Positions 26,836 through 39,288 of a stretch of 64,000 nucleotides of DNA are shown here, one piece after another (the first letter of the stretch is position 1; each line of letters starts with the position of its first letter). Location of the stretch: assembly GCA_028534125.1 (NCBI GenBank), contig CM052832.1:18726001-18790000 (forward strand), in the 5' to 3' direction. Under the pieces are notes generated by a model. The model made no database searches. It saw only the letters and a program-made list of their open reading frames with translations, and was not told the origin of the DNA. A program made the position numbers and the translations under genes. This DNA comes from Lama glama (Eukaryota).

Positions 26836-28202
26836 CTGTAGGCCTACCTGCTCCTATCTTAAGTCTACATGCAGTTTTCTGTTTTTATTGAAAAATACTC
26901 ACCAAGTAAAAGATCTTCCCTGTTTCTCTGTTCACTTTTTCATGAGCTACACAGGAAGTATCTTGTCTAAATGGAAGTATGACATGCCCACAAATATAGG
27001 AAGAGGGAGAATGGCTCTAAGCACAAAGAGGAATCAAAGCCAACCGTAGGAACCAGGGGCTTCAGGCACTTCAGCCACATCTACAGACACAGCTGAGCCT
27101 GGTTCACCAACCTCCACAGACCCAGGCTGTAGGAGAGGAACTACATCCCACCAGGACACTTTTCCTTTGCTCAAGTCAATTGCCTAGAACTCTGGGGACC
27201 CCACTCCAATTCCGATTTCCTGCCAGGTAAGTGGAAAAATCACTTAAAATGGTATTTTGGGGGCAAGAGGCTGGCGGTAAAAAATTTTTTAATTAAAAAA
27301 ATTTTTAAAAAGGCAATCATTCTCTGTACTATTTCAATTGTCCAAATGGCATAAAAGGGACAGTTGGAATCTGAGATTTCTCTCTCCATTCCAAACAGAG
27401 AAAAAATTTCTCAGGCGGGGATTCCCTGACATGGGACTGTGATTAACTGCCCACCTAAAATAAGTCGCAGAATCTCCAGAGTTGACCAGATTGGGATAAA
27501 TGGCCAGAAAAGACTTGGGGTGAGGGGGTTGCAACATTCAACTTCGTCAGGGAGCAAAACCACTTTGCTAGGTCTGTTCTCGCAGAGAGAAGGGAGAAGA
27601 GGAAAGCTGCTTCTTCTCTGGGGCCTGACCACAGGAGTCATGGCCCTAAATACATTAAAGGCAAGATCTTAGAGCCTAAAAGTCTCTTAAAGAACTAGTA
27701 ACAGGTTTCATAATTTTATGATCACCATCGTAAGCCAGGTATTGGCAAACTGATTCCTACCAAAATGAGCATATATACTCTAGCAATCCCCAAGACAGAA
27801 AGAAATTATAAATTAAAAGTCATTTGTTAGGATTTCAGCAAAATGTTCCCTCCTAGAAAACTGTTCTAAATGGCAATTAGGCAAAATAGTACTACATTCT
27901 ACATACAGGGTAGATTAAATCGATTTGCCAGCTGGTATAAGAACCTAAGAATTATACTGTTTCCACGGCTTCTAACTGTGAACTCGGATTTGAGATACAC
28001 ATGTGTACTCCATCCAGAACCAATCACAGTGAAGAACACATTTGAAACTATTACACAAAAGGCAAAATCCAGAGATTCTTAGATTCTCCTGACTCCCCTT
28101 ATAAAAGGATTATCTGGAGATAATGGACACCCGTAAATACAACAGACTAGCTCCGTTCTGAAAGCAAGACCAGGAGTGAAAGAAAAGAAAGAAGCAGCTT
28201 AC

Positions 28203-28276
28203 CGGTGGTCAAGATGACTGAAGTCTTGTAAATTCAATTCCCTGGTGTCTTGTGTCAGATAAATGGTATCCACATC
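28203..28276 (-). CDS. CARMIL1: CARMIL1 coding exon (probable exon 8), DVDTIYLTQDTRELNLQDFSHLDH(R), phase 0-2
   Basis: ttcaaatag|GATGTGGAT...GACCACCG|gtaagc; 74 nt. Confidence 0.97.
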
Positions 28277-28400
28277 CTATTTGAAATATAATTCAGTCAC
28301 ATAAATAGTCCACGGAGATGATCAGAGAAGCAAGAAGATGCAAAGAGAATCAAACAATGGCATAGCAGATTTTTATAAAATCTGAGGAAGGAAGATTTTA

Positions 28401-28622
<222 letters not shown>

Positions 28623-28879
28623 TCAAGTTAAAATCTAAAAGCTTAAATATGGCCGATGTTGACAGTGCTGATTAGCCTTTCCGTTTGGGGAAACAGCAAA
28701 GATTCCCCCCCTGTTCTATAGTAAGTACACAGCAGGATGCAATCCAGCTTAAATATAGGACGTTTGTCCACTGATCTAAGGTCTGTGTGGGGCTAATTAC
28801 ACCTTAAAACTAATTGTACCTTTATGGGAGCAAGCTAGGAATAGACTTAACTTCCGGCAAGAAGACATCCATCCCAGCC

Positions 28880-29081
<202 letters not shown>

Positions 29082-29459
29082 TTACTTTGTAATATGCCTA
29101 TTTTTTTTTTAAACAAAATGGGTATCCTTTCAATTTTGGTAAATAGAATTCCATGTTTTGAGTACTAGGGAACTGGAAATCTACAGGAACTGAATAATAA
29201 AGCCCTTTATTTACCTTCCATTTGGAGGTAGCAACAACAGGTATTTAACAATATAAATACTCCCCATGTTACTGAGTTGTTGTATAGCATTAGATTTATT
29301 AGAATAGTTAGAAAGTGGTGTGTTCTGCTTAATAAATTTTAGATTACGTGTATACTAAGTATAAATTACTAATAGTCAAAGAAGTGAAGTACGGAGCTCC
29401 TCTTCTGCCCTTCCATAGTACAAAAATAGTACAAATGTCCATCAAGAAACTGAGCATTT

Positions 29460-29595
29460 GGTGGGGGCGGGGAGTGGCACAGTTCAGTGGTAGAGTGTGT
29501 GCCCACTGTGCACAGTGTCCTGGGTTCAATCACCACTACCTCCATTAAAATAAATAAGTAAGTAAATCTAATCTTACCCTTACAAAAAAAAAAAA
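29460..29595 (+). mobile_element. tRNA-derived SINE (vic-1-like)
   Basis: A/B boxes, AT-rich tail, perfect 16-bp TSD AAGAAACTGAGCATTT (29444-29459, 29596-29611). Confidence 0.9.
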
Positions 29596-30784
29596 AAGAA
29601 ACTGAGCATTTCACATTGGAAGAGCTGTTCCTTTTACCATCTCTTCCCTAGACACTGAACACAGTTCAAAACACTTAGCAAAAAACGTGTGATAGGGAGA
29701 CGGGTGACGAGGGGTCTGGGAGCTAAGCGGGAACCAGGTCCCGGGGAGCCTTAAAGATCAAATGAAGGGGCTGGGATTTTATTCTCAGGGCAATGAGGAG
29801 CCACAAAAAGATGAAACAGCAAGTAGGAGATGATTAGATGGGCACTGTAAACAAACACCTGCAGGGGCAGGGGTGGGGCAAACTTTGGAAATAAATAGAC
29901 AGATAGCTTGAGAAATTAAAAAGCACTTTCCCGTGACTGTTAAGAGCCCAGTGAGAGTGAAGGTCATGAACTGCTGGTGGCACCAAGTTTCTCTCACAGC
30001 TCTCAGCAGCCCAAATGTGTGTGGGGTGGAGGTGGGGGTGGGGGGCAGCTGGCTTTGCTGCAGGGATGCAGGCTTTCCAGGCAGGCAAGCCAGAAAGACA
30101 GTGGGGACAGAAGGAGTTGGGGAGACTGACAGGGCCTCGCTCAAGGGCTGGCCAGCGTGAGGCTTGGCGGTCAGGAGAGGAAGCGAAGGCAGAAAGGAGA
30201 TGGAAAAAAAGGAATCCCAAAAGATCACGGCCTGGAGGCCCCCCCAAAAGTCCAAGTCCTGGTCCTTCCGAGGGAAAGTGCAACACTGGAGGCTGTGGTC
30301 AGAGAGAGATGACCAATGATGATTTCACCCAGGAGAGGCTGTTCCAGGAGATGACAAGGTCTGGGGGGTGGCTGTTGAGAGTAAAGTGGAGTGGAGGGAA
30401 GAGGTCACAGGCCGTGAGGAAGGCTGTTGGCAAGTCAGAAGCCTCCAGGACCATGACAGCCCCTGGGTGCCAAGTGGTGAAATAAACACACAAAGTCATA
30501 TTACACATTATTTTCATCCACCTTTAAAAATTTTAAAGTACTTTGGAATATATAAATAAAATTGCTTTGGCTATGCATAATGCTCATCCTTATGGATTTC
30601 AATCACCTCGCAGAGTATCAGAGGAGAATGTTCGCAGTTATTTCCATTCTCTCACTGGATAAATTCCAGATAAAGTGTGCCATACATAGAGCCCAGCAAG
30701 TTGCCTGGTTGGCCTGTTCTCCTCCCAGAGAAAACCTCAAATACACACATTTAAATACAGACACCGTACCAGCCTTGAAAAGAT

Positions 30785-31100
30785 TGCTACTTCTTTGCAA
30801 TTTTTATGATTGAAGCATCCTCAGGTATAACGATTGATGTTGAATGTCAGTAATTCCGTCCAGTTCTTGTGTAAATGCCTGAGATCTACAGATGCAGCAT
30901 AATTTTTCTCCACTTTATCTGAACACACCCATGATGAACTCCTTATTATGCTCAAAGTCCTTAATCTGGGGGCAACTGTGGGGGTTAAGAAGCCATGCAC
31001 AATGGTAGTGATATTATAGAATCTGGCGATGTGGAACGGTTCATCTTGGTTCAGTACCATCATTCTGGGATTTCGGTAGCATTATTTTCTGGCAACAATA
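30785..31100 (-). mobile_element. Possible highly decayed Tc1-like transposase C-terminal remnant
   Basis: Frame-shifted motifs in the expected order: QD-EPFHIAR (cf. QQDNAPxHxAR), PPQ-PD..EH (cf. PPQSPDLNPIEH), NW.EL...INRLY.RM...IAK. Confidence 0.35.
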
Positions 31101-32789
31101 CAGTGAAGCCAGATGTTATACAAAGAAAGAACAGAGCGGTCGGAAACAGATGCAAGCATTTACACAGATGAATTAAGTAAACCTTGGACACACCAAGCTG
31201 GATACGGGCCTGACTTCATCTGAGATCACGTTTCTCTTCTAAAATTCTTGCTTTATTTCAGCTCAACTGTACATCAGTTTCAGTGACACATAGGATCAAG
31301 CTAAGCTAGTCAAACACAGACAGAAAATAAGGCAGGAAGCTGGTAGGATTAAGAATAGGAAGGGGGCAGTCTAGGATCAGAGGGAGAAATAAACTAATCC
31401 TCATGGCAGACTCAGAAACCAGAGCCTAATTTTACTCCAGAAACAACACTGGACAGTTACACTCAGGGGCAGGAGGAAATGACCTGGAGAGTGAGGGAGG
31501 CCACTAGTGTAGACGGTAGTGTGAACAGGGCCCTGCCACGGTGGAGGCTACCCCTGGCATTTTCCCTAACCTTCAAAACCATCCTTCAAAGATCTCACTC
31601 GGAGCTTTTTTCCAAGCAGTTTCCTTCTGAAACGGTTCTCATCTTCCGTTTTTCAGGAAGGAAAAAAAAAAAATTAGATTTCATGGAACAAGTGCATTTA
31701 TTTACATAAGAGATAAAGTTTTAAGAACTAAACTTCCAGAAGAGAGGAACTGTTTCTTACGTATTCCAACACTAGACACAGACAGTGAGGGAAAGAAAAA
31801 ATCTACCCCGCAGGAGTTCTTTCTGTAGCTACATAACAGCAAAGAGTCATCTGTGCACGCATCACAGGGCACCAGCTCACACACACATACAGAGAGAGAG
31901 TGAGCGTGTGTCAGACAGATAGACAGACACACACACACAGGAGTTACTGTCAGAATAAGTATCGTGACAGGTAAACCAAAATCCTGGACAACAGATATGG
32001 ACATCGTGCCAGACATTCAGAGGTCACGCTGTACAGCTGAATCAACTACATTTACGTGGCGTGCATTTAATTCACACAAGACTCAGAAAATAGTTCTATG
32101 CAGCAACGAACAGTAAACTCGATGCCGAGCACACCCGCTTTCTATGCAAATCTCACGCTTAACTGGTTGACAGGGGGAAAATATTCTGTACTTTATTTTA
32201 ATCCACTTAAGTGATTTATCTGAAATACAATTCCAGGGCTCACTCTATACAATACAGCAGTAGTCTCCAGAAGAGTGAGTGTCTTACTGATGCAAACCAC
32301 GCCACAAAGTGCTACCCATTGCTTTAGGAAAGTGTAGGGACTACCAGAGCCTGCCTCCTTTTGTTTACCATAAACTCCTATTTTGCCACTTCTCTTCCCC
32401 ATAACCTCACCTTTTCACATTCGACTGGCTTTTGACTTAAAAAGGGCTTTGCAATACTATTTTTCTCATGGAAGCAAAGAAGCATTGTCCTAACATATCA
32501 ACGCTAATACCCAGCCAGCTTTCAACTGTCCTGTATATGAAAGAATGATCAAATATGCTGAAAGTCTAAGAAGAAAGTCATGCTAGAAAGTTACTCTTCT
32601 GTCACCTTCATAGTTAACAAGAATAAAAAAAATCAAATTAGAGAAACGCAATCAACTTACAAACAAACATACAATAATTTTAAAAATCACAAACATCAAA
32701 GAAATCGCCTACAAACATCATCCATTTTCTCTTTGACAGTGTATGCTTTCAGTCAGGCGCCTCTGGGTAACAACTGCCGCAACCTGTAC

Positions 32790-32960
32790 AGCTAAAACCT
32801 CTGGGACACTTTTAAGCCATTGCATGAGTTAATTTAATCCTCACAAAACTGCATGAGTATCATATTCCCATTTTACAGATGAGGACAATGAGGCATGGAA
32901 AAGTGAGTTAACTTGCCTGGAGTCTTGTCCCCTAAAATAGCCAGGCAATCTGACACCTTT
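32790..32960 (-). mobile_element. MIR SINE
   Basis: TTTAATCCTCACAA...CCCATTTTACAGATGAGGACAATGAGGCA. Confidence 0.8.
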
Positions 32961-34023
32961 TACTTCCAACTCGAGGCTCTCTCCCTCCACATTCATAAAG
33001 CAGCATTTACAAGACTGATTCTCCCTTATATGTAGCTGTCACTTTATTCTAAATTTCAAAAAGCCTTTGCTAGCTCCCTAGTGCCTAGCCCTGAGGCTTT
33101 TATTCAGGCTCTCTCCAGGTAGACTTCCCCTTTGCCTCACAGTGATATCTGCAGGCTCTCAATTCCAACTACTTGTCAGGCTGGCTGCTGTCTTCCTAAG
33201 GCAAGTTAAGCGCCACTGCACCTGCCCTCACCTCCGCCTCCAGCCTCCAACTGCTGCCACTTTCCCTAATGGACTCTTCTCCAAGGCCCACGGCTGACAA
33301 AAGCCCTCCTCTCAAAAAAAAAAAAAAAAGAAAGAAACAAAGAAAAAAGAAAAAAGAAAAGAGGGAAACAAACACAAATAAAACATTTTTTTGACATCCC
33401 GAGTGAAACAGAACTTTTCTGTGTCTTGAAATCTGAGGGTGTTTCACTCTCCTCATCGTGTTATTTGTGGAACTTTCTTACACTACCTCCAGATTACAAA
33501 CTCTTAGAGGGCAGGAAACATTTCACTCATCTGTGTGTGCTGAGGAACTTCTCAAGTCAACATTTTCTAAGTTAGTTCTAACTTGTCCTGATGACTTAAG
33601 AAAAAAAACATAGCTTGGTTTTGGAGAACAGCCAGGTGCTCGATATTGGAAAAGCTGAAGGCCGTAACACAAAACAGCTTCCTGCAGGGAACTGCCAGTA
33701 CACACCATGTAAATGAAGAGGCCACTCACTGAGACAGAGTATCGAACACGGGCAGGTTTTAGGGGGAAATAGTAAGTTCAGTTTAGGACACACTGTATCT
33801 GAGATACGTGGGGACATCCTTGTGAAGATGTCCAATAAGCAGCTGGGAGACAAAAATGAAGATCAAGGGAAGGTAGAGGTCATGGATTTAGAAACCAATG
33901 TGTATGTAGTAACTGCCTTTCTAGAAATAGGGCTGATTATTCAATGCTTGTTGCCCAAACATTTTAACAAGAAGTTAAATGGAAGCTAAGAGTGAAAACA
34001 CTTTTCTTAACCCAATTTTCTCT

Positions 34024-34153
34024 TTGGGGGGGGGGGCGAGGGTTAGGGGGTTTTTTTAATTTAATTTTTTTTAAGTGGAGATACTGGGGATTGAGCACAG
34101 GACCTTGTGCATGCTTAAGCATGTTCCTGATCAACTGAGCTATACCTTCCTCC
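34024..34153 (-). mobile_element. tRNA-derived SINE (vic-1-like)
   Basis: Reverse A/B boxes; perfect 15-bp TSD AACCCAATTTTCTCT (34009-34023, 34154-34168). Confidence 0.9.
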
Positions 34154-34927
34154 AACCCAATTTTCTCTGGGAAGAAAAAAATGAGGGTATCCAAACCAAT
34201 AACAAAACTGATAATTCCCCCCAAATTCCCAGACTATTAAATGAATAAAATTACGTTTTAAAGAAAATAAAGATTCTAAGTATCAGTCTGAGGGTTTCAT
34301 AAGCCCTTGATGAATAAAGCTCTGCTTAATAATTTTTTTTATCTCATCAGTGTTGGTTTGGAATGAAAGGAAGGACACTGTATGGAAACTCATGTACAAG
34401 GTCACATTACTGAAACGCGGTTTAAGGAAAATGGGTTGGAGTTATTGCTACCTCACAATTACCCCATATATTCTCTGGCAGCTTGAGGATGATGTAGAAA
34501 CCATTTCCAAGACTGTCTGGCTGCTGGGTATTTATTTCCCCATCACCACTACTGATCCACTCCTCACCTCATCCTACCACCCAGCCCAACCCACCCCTCT
34601 CCCCCACATACAAGAGCAAGTGCCTCGCCCTTCCACTTCACTGGGATGAGGCCAGGGAACACACAGCTCCCTTGGCAACCAGCTACCAGGATGCTCAGAG
34701 TAGAACAAGGTGACTTAAGCTTCAGGAAGGAGGAAGCCCTGGGTGAAAAACCAGAAAGCACATGGCCAGACCTTCTTACTGGGGCGGGTAAAGGGAAGGG
34801 ACGAGACCCCGGGGAACAGCGGTGACCGGAGACACTGAAAGGACACTCCTACCTCTAGGAGCTGCTTTCTGTCACTCAAAAGGTTTGAAAGACATGGAGC
34901 CTAAGTTTTTCTGTTGCTTTGACTCTT

Positions 34928-35069
34928 TTTGTTTGTTTGTTTTGGGGGGGGAGGAGGGGTAATTAGGTTTATTTATTTTTAACTTTTTTTAATGGCAGTA
35001 CTGGGGATTGAACCCAGGACCTTGTGCACGCTAGGCATGCCCCCTACCACTGAGCAATACCCTCCCCCC
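34928..35069 (-). mobile_element. tRNA-derived SINE (vic-1-like)
   Basis: GTACTGGGGATTGAACCCAGGACC...CTACCACTGAGC; degenerate 13-bp TSD TGCTTWGMCTCTT. Confidence 0.88.
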
Positions 35070-35532
35070 TCTGCTTAGCCTCTTAATTTAAAGGCAGAGC
35101 ATTGTAGGGACGTGCTCTATGAAGCACAATCGTTCCCCAGATTCCCCTCTGCCCCACCAAGCACGGTGCACAGCTCACCACCTCTGTGATCTACGCGAGG
35201 TTTCAGGCCTCCTCAGCAGGGAGAGGGACTTCCTAAGATCTGCGTGCCATCTTCCGTCAGGGCGTTCTGACTACGAACTATTATTTTAGGAGCTTTCTGA
35301 CGTAAGGACCTCTCTGCCTTTTCACTTCTGTCAATACACTTCCCCTTTCCAATGACCCACACTCCCTCACTACAAACTGTTACACAAGCACACAGTCCTG
35401 ACTTTAAGCACTCAACAAAAAAGTAGGAGGGCACGTTCAGACAAAATCTACTGATATCCCACCACAGAAGAAAATGAAAGAGGCTAATTTCAATGTTGGG
35501 TTTTTTTTTTTAAGTTTCCTCCTACTGAAACC

Positions 35533-35667
35533 AGGAAAAAAAAGGAAAGAAAAGGGGGGAAAAAAAAGGAAAGAAAAGGGGGAAAAAAAAAAGGAAAGAA
35601 AAGGGAGGAAAAAAAAGGAAAGAAAAGGGGGGAAAAAAAAAGGAAAGAAAAGGGGGGGAAAAAAAAA
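35533..35667. repeat. Pure-purine tandem repeat, about 5 copies of GGA(8-10)GGAAAGAAAAGGG(G)
   Basis: 135 consecutive A/G bases with repeating GGAAAGAAAAGGG core. Confidence 0.95.
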
Positions 35668-36059
35668 CCAAGGAAAAGGAAGCATTCTCCTTCTTCATTA
35701 ATACTACACTTGATGCCTTTTTTCAAAGCATTTGGCCCCTGACATTCTGCCAATAGCGGTGGGTAAAATTCACACGAGGGTAAATCTCAGGTGAAATGAA
35801 AAAGGTCCCATTCTAGTGTTAGGAGGAGAGGTTAAAGGCTTGCCAAACCCCTCCATCACTCAAGCTCTTTAAAGAATAAGGCACGGCCATCTAGAAATTC
35901 TCAGATGTGAAACCCAAAGATTTAAGTGAGGGTTTTGATATTTCATGTTTAAGACAAGAAGAAAGTATGGGAGAGGAACCCAGGGAAGAGGCAAGAGGAA
36001 GGCTGTTTTCATTGTGAGGAAGAACACATTCCCTGCTCCCCCGCCCCCAGGAGAACTCA

Positions 36060-36227
<168 letters not shown>

Positions 36228-36262
36228 TTAAATCGTTTCTCTTAAGTGATGTCAACGATATA

Positions 36263-36881
36263 CAGTAGTCCCTGCTTATCCACAGGAAACGTTCCAAGAG
36301 CCCCGGTGGAAGTCTGTTACCACAGACAGTACTGAAACCTACAGATACTAGGCTTCTCCCAGCTATACACACCTATGATGGAGTTTAATTTATAAATTAG
36401 GCACATGAAGAGATTAACAATAATAACTAACAATAAAATAGAACAACTATAATACATACTATAAATAAAAGTTATGTGAACATGGTCTCTCTCGCTCTCT
36501 CTCAAAATATCTTATTGTATAAATTTAATGCCTTTTCCATCCTAACTAAGCAGCTATCACATGCGGTGGCCGTAACTTTTGCGATTTGAGGTGTAACAGC
36601 AAAACAGATTTCTTTTTCCATCTTCACAATTTCACAGGTGGAAGGTTTGTTCTTACCATAGATCCTAGCAACCTCAGTATACAATTTTTTTTCTTTCCTT
36701 ATTAAGTTAAGAACTTTCAACTTTTCACTTAAAGAAAGCACTTTACGGCTTCTCTTTGGCACATTCAAATTGCCAATGTCACAACTCTTGCACTTCGAAG
36801 CCATTATGCAGTAAAATAAGGGTGACTTGAACACAAGTCCTGTGATATTGTGACAGTCGATCTGATAACTTAGCTGGACTG
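36263..36881 (-). mobile_element. Tigger7-derived MER44-like element with transposase N-terminal (CENP-B/psq HTH) coding remnant
   Basis: TA|CAGTAGTCCC..CTTATCC TIR at left and CTG|TA at right; ORF peptide PKRSRKVLSLSEKLKVLNLIRKEKKLYTEVARIYGKN. Confidence 0.88.
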
Positions 36882-39168
36882 TATGAAGGGAACAAGGCAA
36901 TGAAGTTTAATGGTAGGCAAAGACTCATTCCGACAATTAACTGCTGGAGAAGTCCAAAAGTTATACCAAAAATGCTGACACTGAGGTCATATAGCTAGTC
37001 TTACAAATAAGTATAAATCAACCTGATACAAAGGGCAGGTCACAAAAGGGGCAATAGGTTGATTATAAACACATTTCTAATATAAAGAATCAACTTCCAT
37101 CACTTTTTTGAAAAAAAAGATACCATTTCCTTGGATCTCAAGAATATTCATGGAAAATGCAATCCCTTTGGATTACTACTGCGTCAAAATATCCTCATAC
37201 ATTCACCTTCCGTTGCCACTTAATTTGTATAAAAATGTTATGTGCAACTACCTTTAAGTGCAGCTAACCAACTGGATTAACAAAGAAGCTTTTGGATTTG
37301 CTTTAGGTTGTCCTAAAATTAGCTAGATTTTAAAAAATAATCTGTCTTTCAATGTGTTTATGTTAAAAGAAAAAGTAATGCAATTTATTTGTCAAAATGA
37401 TGAGATCAAAGAAAAAGACTTGAGTGATATGAGTCCTTAAAATGTTATTTTCCCATAAGAACCCCTAAAGGAATCTGTTAAGTATTTGATTTATATCACC
37501 TTTGTACCAATTAGTTGGCTCCTTATATAAAACACATTTTTTTAATCCTAATTTTTAGCATATTCCTCGAAAAATTAATCGGTTGCCTTTGAAATTCTCT
37601 AAGCAAAGATCGTTTGGTCTTCCAGAAGTTGCTCCAAGAGATATCCCCCCCACCAAAGGCTGCAAGCATTACTATACCCAGAGTTATTTACTAATACAAT
37701 CCCAGGACATCTCAAGTGCGGCATCTTAAATACAACTAAAACTGCTTTGTGCAGTTAGGCTCAGAAGTTTCATATGCACACATCTGGGCCTAGGGATGTT
37801 GTAAAAAGCCAGGCACTCTGGGATGCAGCCATCTTGTCTATGTTCGACAGCCCACCCCCAACCTTCCCTCCATTGGGAATTGTATTTCCCACTACAGGGT
37901 ACATCTTCTTTCTTCACATCTAGGGCATCTGTCTATGCAGTTCACGGTTTGGGTACGAGTAATTAGTAATTAGCTTATTCTAATTCCACTTAATCTTAAC
38001 GCCTAATCATCCTTAATTGCACAGGATTGAATAGAATGACAGGGAAGAAAAAAGGTGACAGGTGGGGAAGAAATGAGGGCTTAGAATGCAACCTTACATG
38101 AAAGCATTCATGGAGCCCTGCATAATATCACCACCTCTGCATAATGTGCAGACTGCAACAAAGGGAGAGCGGTGAGAATAACCCACCCCAGCATTTCATC
38201 AGGAGAAAGAACTTCCTCTCAGATAGCTCTTTCCCTCCTATTTCATTCTGGGGAAAACAGAAAGAAACCATTTTTGCTCAGACACCTAGCAGAACATAAT
38301 CCATAAGCGCCAACGGGCATTTAAAATAACAGAGATATAAGAGCCAGTATCTTACTGAAAACCCAGGTTCCCAATCCCATCTCACCTCCTTTTTTAAGGT
38401 TAAAAACAACCGAGTAACCTTTTAGGAAGCATTTTTTCACTAAAATTCGGCCAACAGATCTGAAAAGTGTTTTTCTTCTCTAAATAGAAACAGCCATTTA
38501 CCAAAATCATTCTGTGACAGAGCGAACAATCAGCCTTATAATTTGAAAAAAAAAAAATCTTAGCAGGTATTTCAGTTGTACAAGAAGCGATTCCAAAACT
38601 GTAACTGTAAAACTATACAATTGTTGGTCTCTATTTATTGACCATGACAACAACAGAACTTGAACACCATCAAGTCTTCGGGCAATGAGAATTTTAAAAC
38701 AAGATAAAGGTCTCCCCATATTTCCACGAGAAAGAGGAAAAGAGCAATAGTAAAAAGTCACATTTCACCAACTCAACACCACATTCACTCACTCTCCCTC
38801 ACATTCACGAAATGTGTTATGTCCCATGGCATTTTATCTGAATTTACAAACAATCATTAAATAGTGGTAAAAGCAGCAATGACAGAAAAGTTAATAAATC
38901 CCAGAGAACATTAGAAAAAAGGGTTCTAATCAAGGCTAGATGGCAAGTGCCACAGGCAGACCCCATCATCCTTATGATGTCTCATCAGAAAAAAATCGAA
39001 ACCAGAGACATCAAGGGTCCTGAGGTTACACAGGTTATTCATACTCAGCCTCTGGGACACAACAGAATCAAATGCCCACGTGAGACATACGGAACCCTGA
39101 CTGTCATGAGTGCGTGTATGGGGTGGGGGTGGGGGGAGTACCACTACTGCTGGAGGTATCAGTGTTTT

Positions 39169-39288
39169 CTTGTAATTTTTTATACAACTTTTAAAGGTTA
39201 CACCCTATTTACTCTTATTACAAAATATTGGCTATACCCCCCCCCGTTGAACAATACATCCTTTTGGCCTATCTCACACCCAATAATT
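39169..39288 (-). mobile_element. Short L1 3' tail
   Basis: TAAAGGTTAC...TTATTACAAAATATTGGCTATA L1 3' motif; 16-bp TSD GAGGTATCAG(TG/CA)TTTT. Confidence 0.8.

Noticed and set aside
29785..30485. Several overlapping 150-156 aa ORFs on both strands
   Set aside because: G-rich decayed L2-like sequence poor in stop codons; no family similarity recognised.
35437..35753. Lys/Gly-rich and Phe/Pro-rich ORFs
   Set aside because: These are translations of the purine tandem repeat; there is no coding evidence.
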